The notes beneath the pieces were generated by a model that ran no database searches, was not told where the DNA came from, and worked only from the letters and a program-made list of their open reading frames with translations. The position numbers and the translations under genes are program-made. Shown piece by piece: positions 58,905 to 64,000 of a DNA stretch of 64,000 nt. This stretch comes from Camelus dromedarius (lineage: Eukaryota): the NCBI RefSeq assembly GCF_036321535.1, contig NC_087449.1, forward strand, positions 55,614,001 to 55,678,000. Reading direction: 5' to 3'. Each line of letters begins with the position of its first letter. Positions within the stretch are counted from its first letter, which is position 1.

Positions 58905-60624
58905 CTGAAAGAGAAAGACCGTGAGGCTGCTCTGGGCAGTGTCCACAGCTGGCTCCCCAGAATTTACATGGTTTTCATCTCATGCTGTAATGATGGTATT
59001 TATGTTCCCACCTGAGGAGAGCAATTACATGTGCCTAATGGGAAGAGGCAAGCCTAACACACCAGTGATGCAAAAGAGAAGGCAGGCAAACAATTTAAAT
59101 AACTGTGTGCTAAATTGCTATAATTTAGCTCAGTACGCTGTCTCAGGGCGCCTGGACTCTATGATTACACACCGGTGAACGCGGGCTCAGTTTCTCACAC
59201 TGGGTTTTCTTGTCTTGAGGATTACACCGCAGAGGGAAGTGCTGTGTGAAAGGAACGCCACTGAAAGTGGTGAGTCTCCTGCTTGAACCAATGGTTTACC
59301 AGAAGCTTCAGCCTGCCAAAGGTGGCATGTCTGGACCTCGATTAGGCTAAGAGCCTTACCTGGGGGGGCTACATGGCTACAGAGCTAATGGCCACGGGAG
59401 GAAGAATGTGGGCAGGACGTGGCGTCTATCAGCTCACTCATGCGGCTCACCAGGCTGGAGGGCAGGCACCGGCTTCTCTCCTCTGAATCTGCGTCATCTG
59501 TTAAAGATGACCTTCCCATCTCCCATCAGGGAGAACTAGTCCATGGTTAAGTGCACTCAGTTCCTGCCTGAACCTCCAAGCTGATGCTTCTGAGCCATGG
59601 AACTCAGGACAGCTGGATGCTGTCAACCAGAGAGCCCACGGTGGGTGCGGCCACCCTGGCTCCTGCGAACTGGCCGAGAGTGGAGAGCGTGCTCCACTAG
59701 ACCTGGGTAGGCAGGCGTGGGGATGCCAGGCTCAGCCATGTCTGTGCTGCGGGAGCGAAGAGGCCAGTTGTGATGTTCAATCAAATGTTGTCTAGGATAG
59801 CAGTTTTTGGAACTGTTTTTCTTGTAGCAATAGAATCTTTTTTATTCCCCCAAAGGACAGCTTACCAAGAATTCTGATACATAAAAAAGATGAAAGCAGA
59901 GCTGTTCTCACTGACATGGCAGCAGGAGTAGTACCCAGAGGCCTGTAAGAACACGGCTGTAAGGGACAGCTCCGTGGGACAGGGCAGTGGGGCGGCCCAG
60001 TCGGTTATGGTCCCTCTCTAGTCCACCCACAAGTTTCTATTAATCGACAGAACTGAATTTCTTATCCTCTCCTGCCCACTCACTCTGGAGAAGATAGGAA
60101 AAGGAGCCAGAGAACCAGAGACACAAAGAGGGGCTAGAGCAAGCATAGCTGTTAAACATCAGAAGAGGCGGGCCTTTCATCCAGGTAAAGGGGAGAGGCC
60201 CTGACACTCAAATGTGCCCAGCCCAGCCCAGAGGAGCTATCAGAATGTTTCCACTGAAGGTGGTCCCAACAAAGAGCTCATCCACCCGTCTCCGAGGTTC
60301 CCTGCAACTCTCACTACACCCCATAATGTTTCGCAGGTGGGGAAGCATGAGAATTGGGAGGAGAAGCCAAGGTCATTCTGCTTTTGGAAATTCTTATTCC
60401 AGCCTCCCTCTACCCAGGGGCCACCATGTGACCACCAGGAGGCCAGGATTTTCTGTTCTGTTTGGTAAGAGGTCCAGAAAGACTCTTCCACAAGACTCTC
60501 TCGGTCACGAGTGCATCACTCACAGGACCTTTGAGAGCCCCGGAGAGAAAGGCTGGATGTTGTGGCAGAGCTGCCTCTAGGAGCCCCGTGTTAGCACCCT
60601 CCTATCTGACAGTCCCAGAATCAC

Positions 60625-60851
60625 CTGCACCACCTGTGAGGCGGCTGCTCGGGTTTCAGTGCCCATCACCTTTGGGTGTTCAGATTCCAAGTGGCAGTCC
60701 AGCTGGGCCTGGGAGGTGAAGAGCTCCCCACAGAGCTCACAGGGGAAGGTGCTCTCCGACTGCTTGAAGTGCTCGGTGGTGACGTGGTGCTGCAGTGCTC
60801 CCGGGAAGCGGAAAGTAGCTGCACAGTACAAGCAGCGGAACGGCTGCGACC
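60625..60851 (-). CDS. ZBTB40: ZBTB40 penultimate coding exon (227 nt), two C2H2 fingers
   Basis: Translates (G)SQPFRCLYCAATFRFPGALQHHVTTEHF...FPCELCGELFTSQAQLDCHLESEHP...SQVVQ. Acceptor CACCAG|, donor |GTGATT. Confidence 0.95.
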
Positions 60852-60946
60852 CTGGTGGAGGGGACACAGACCGGACTCACTGAAAGAAATGAGAGCAGGG
60901 CAGGGAGAGGAGGGAGCCAAGAGGACTGAGGCATTCGGGAAGATCC

Positions 60947-61146
60947 GGAGCCAGAGCTTCAGCTTCTGTGGGGCCTGAAGCTTGCATAATTTGGGGAGCC
61001 TGCCTTAGGAAAAATAATACTAAATTACACACACAGGATTAGGGGTAGAGCTTTGGAAGGGTCCTACCAAGTGAGAGGCCCCTACCAAGTGAGAGGCCCC
61101 AAAGCCACAGCTTCATCAGCATCAGATTCAGGCTAAATCTGGCTCT
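60947..61146. mobile_element. MER53-like palindromic hAT MITE with an internal 18-bp duplication
   Basis: TGTGGGGCCTGAAGCTTGCATAATTTGGGG and TTGGAAGGG...AAGTGAGAGGCCCC. Inverted ends GAGCCAGA (60948-60955) and TCTGGCTC (61138-61145). Confidence 0.75.
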
Positions 61147-61189
61147 ACCGAAGCCCATTTTTCATTCAAGTGTAATGATGCTGACAATG

Positions 61190-61822
61190 CCTATTTCTAA
61201 GAAAAGCACATTTTAACATCTCTGAAATGGGATCAATGGCGTCTTACTACTGCTACGGGCCAGGTGGAGTCTGGGTGTAGTTGTCAACACTGCACGTGCG
61301 TGAACACCTAAAGGGGCAGCACTACGACTTGCAGGATGCAAGTCCACAGCTCTAAAGAAAAGCCCTGAGACAGGAGCGGTGCATGTTTATAACTCACAGG
61401 AACTAAATGGCTTAGGGGGGAGGAGGCAAGGGTTGGCTGCTCAGTACTTTCCCTAAGTGGGAAGCAGAAGTAGACCAGTTTTACATGATGCTCAGGAGAC
61501 CAAACCCACTGGCCTCACTACGTGCTCCACCACCAGCGCTGTTGATGCCTGAGCACAACACCGTGTGGAATAACACGCATGCCAACGATCTGAACTGAGA
61601 GCTACTCTGAGGAGCCGGATTCTAACCTTAATCAACTTATTCCCCCTTTTCTGAATGCATACAACAGTGTGTAAAATCTATGTCAAATTAAGTCCAAAAC
61701 AGCACTTAGGATAACCTGCAAATTCTAGGTAATAAGAAAGCACAGTTTAACTGGCAGCAGGTTTTCTTCTTAAAGGTTCGTTAAAATGGTGCCTCTCGTG
61801 GGCGGCACTTTAGACTTGATGA
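61190..61822. mobile_element. Kanga1/MER104-like TcMar-Tc2 remnant
   Basis: Left end CACATTTTAACATCTCTGAAATGGGAT...GGCCAGGTGG...GTAGTTGTC. Right end AGTTTAACTGGCAGC...AAAATGGTGC...TTAGACTTGATGA. Confidence 0.55.
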
Positions 61823-62073
61823 GCTGTTACAGGAGCGATGATCATTACAGGCAAGAGGTGCTCACTGGCGCCTGGCCGCAAGCGTTTCCTGTGCAGTAAC
61901 GTGCCCAGTAACGTGCGTTACCCTAGGAAGTAGACACAGCTGTCCCTGATTTGCAGATGAGGAAACCGAGGCAGGAGTTAGTTGTTACTTAGCCTGGGTT
62001 GCAGAGCTGGCAGCAGTGCAGATGAGAGCCACTGCTGGGCGCCCCAGCCTGGGCGTCTGGGAAGGGCACTGAC

Positions 62074-62160
62074 CTGAATGCTGGCACTTGATGTGGACCT
62101 GCAGCAGAGCCGGCGTGGGGAAGAGCTCCTTACACTGGTCGCACTCGTGGAACTTCGTAT
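62074..62160 (-). CDS. ZBTB40: ZBTB40 coding exon (87 nt), one C2H2 finger
   Basis: Translates (D)TKFHECDQCKELFPTPALLQVHIKCQHS. Acceptor TCGCAG|, donor |GTCAGT, phase 1 at both ends. Confidence 0.95.
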
Positions 62161-62818
62161 CTGCGAAGCACATGAGGACAGAAGTGGTGGGAAAGAACAA
62201 AAGGAAGGCTCTCTGAGTCTGGGGAGTAACAGGGCTAGGGGGCAGGATGGTGGCTCACACCTAGCAAGCATCTGCCAAGTGCCAGGAGCCTCATACCCAC
62301 AACACAGTAGCGCAATCTGTGGTAAAGAGCACAGATCTGGATCCAGAATGCCTGGATGCAAAGAGGACTGTCGTGAGAATTAAATGAGAAAACACTCATG
62401 TGGTGCTTAGTGTAGCGCCTTGCACTGGGGAAGCGCTTCCTAACTGCAAGCTGTTGTGATTATCCCCCAATTTACCTGCAAGGTAAGTATGAATAACTGA
62501 CTTTCCGAAGAGAAGGAAACAAGCTGTGGAGTCAGGATTTCCGCCCTGGCCTGTGCCACCCTTCCCTGTGCCACGACCCAGGGCTGGTGGGAGTCCCATG
62601 GCTCCAGGTCTCCAGGTCAGAACCAGTGCCAGTCAAGCTAGTGTTACTGGTGGGCTGATGTGGCGTTCTCAGGTGTGCTGGGTGGAACAGGTACTTACCA
62701 CTGCACATCGACTGTAGCACTGGAAGCCAGGACTTGGGGACAGAATCTAGGATGCTATGTCACCAAACCCCTCCCACTTATCAGCTCCCACTCCCCGTCC
62801 AGGGCTCCCCAACTTCAC

Positions 62819-62981
62819 CTGCGTGCTCTGCTTTGATGTGCTTCTTGTGTTCGATGGTATTGGAAAAGGTTTTGTCACAGGAGCTGCACTGCAATGATGA
62901 GAACTTGGAAGACCGATGGTTCTGAGCAGCAAACACATCAGGGTGGTGGGTCCGATTGTGGTACCACAGACCAGACAATTG
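62819..62981 (-). CDS. ZBTB40: ZBTB40 coding exon (163 nt), end of one finger plus one C2H2 finger
   Basis: Translates QLSGLWYHNRTHHPDVFAAQNHRSSKFSSLQCSSCDKTFSNTIEHKKHIKAEHA. Acceptor CTTTCAG|, donor |GTGAAG. The upstream exon is beyond the window. Confidence 0.94.
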
Positions 62982-64000
62982 CTGAAAGGAATGTGCCAAA
63001 GGTTAGGTCTCAGATGCTCCAGTGAGTCGGAGAGTGGGCAAGACCTCATGAGCCAGAAGAGCATTCCCAGGGGAGCTTATGGATCTGGAACCATACTCTT
63101 ACCTACCACAGTGAGTGCTGACACGAGACGGGGGGTGGGTGTTCACGGGAACAAGGCACCCATGTCCCTACTGAAGCCACTACCGAGCAGGGCTGAGTCC
63201 TCCAGAAACCCACTCCTCACGAGCAGCCTAGGAGGGAGGTGTTAGGATCTTCCCAGTGAGGTGGAAGCCAAGGCACAGAGGGGTTAAATGACTTGCCCAA
63301 GGTCACGCGATTAGTAAACAGTAGGACCAGGATTCAAACCCTGGCCTTCCAATGAAAATCTCTCTTTTGCCACCGAGCTGTCTCACTGCCTCTCAGAGGC
63401 CCAGGGCGCAGCAGAGGAACCTGCTGAGAGGGGCATGTGCTGTCCCTGCTCTGTAAGCAAATGTCCCCCTCCTCCCGATTCCACAGCAGCACTGATACAC
63501 TCTCCCTACAAGTCCACGGTTTCCTAGAGACCAAGCCCAGGTCTTACTCAGCTCTGTAACCCTAATGTCACAGCACAAGGCTTGGTGCAAAGTTAGCTCT
63601 GTTTTTGTTGAACTGAAGTTAGGTGCTGGGCTTCTCTGTCTGTGCCTGAATGTTAGAGATCCCAGCAAGAGCCCTTCTCTTCTCTGTGGTTTTAGAGTTT
63701 CTCACAGAAGTGATTTCTTTTTAGATCTATATGGGGTTTCACTTTATTTACATACCAAACTCTATGGGAAAAAAAAGCAGAGTTCTTCCCCAGGAGTTAA
63801 AAAAACTCACAAAACACCAATAATTGTGCTGAACAAGATTAATTCCAGGCAGTGTTATACACCCCATTGTCATTCCCACATCCTTTGACACATGGATCAA
63901 TAGGTTCTAAAGAATGTGAGTACCCAAGGGGACAAGCAGCTTCAGTCCAGGACAAGGCTGAGCTCTAAGAGAATTGCAAGACCTGTCCACTCCAATCAAA

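Larger units (their letters stand above)
195..63350. mobile_element. Dispersed MIR fragments (roughly 40-50 by eye), e.g. 870-1010, 10190-10380, 12690-12820, 19400-19530, 22290-22420, 40840-40990, 47690-47900, 50780-51000, 63260-63350
   Basis: Recurrent core CTCAGTTTCCTCATCTGTAAAATGGGG or its reverse complement ACAGATGAGGAAACTGAGGC, and AAGGTCACACAG. The count is an estimate. Confidence 0.8.

Noticed and set aside
1-64000. tRNA, rRNA, snRNA genes or CRISPR-like arrays
   Set aside because: The only tRNA-like motifs are MIR B-boxes. The tandem duplications have two copies and no spacers, and the DNA is mammalian.

Overview
Mammalian GC-rich genomic DNA covering the ZBTB40-EPHA8 locus, with both genes on the minus strand. 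Right end: the last four coding exons of ZBTB40 (C2H2 zinc fingers, stop at 58710-58712) and a 3' UTR of about 3.8 kb. Middle: about 28 kb of intergenic DNA. Left: EPHA8 exons 2-7 (ligand-binding domain, Cys-rich region, two FN3 repeats), all GT-AG and in phase. The EPHA8 CpG-island promoter lies at about 26.5-27.2 kb, and coding exon 1 appears to be hidden in the 151-N gap. Transmembrane and kinase exons fall left of the window. Repeats are mostly ancient (roughly 40-50 MIR fragments by eye, L2, hAT MITEs, MLT1, L1MB). Two short L1 tails suggest a cetartiodactyl, possibly a camelid (inference). I found no evidence of a wholly new gene system. The best leads are regulatory or isoform-level: a MIR-polyadenylated truncated EPHA8 ectodomain isoform, an in-frame stop-free 75-nt intron, a PBX/MEIS/palindrome enhancer candidate next to a (CT)35 tract, inverted MIRs around exon 3, a duplicated MIR around exon 2, and a cryptic ZBTB40 acceptor predicted to trigger NMD. 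Repeat family names come from recalled consensus sequences, not a RepeatMasker run, and repeat boundaries are approximate.
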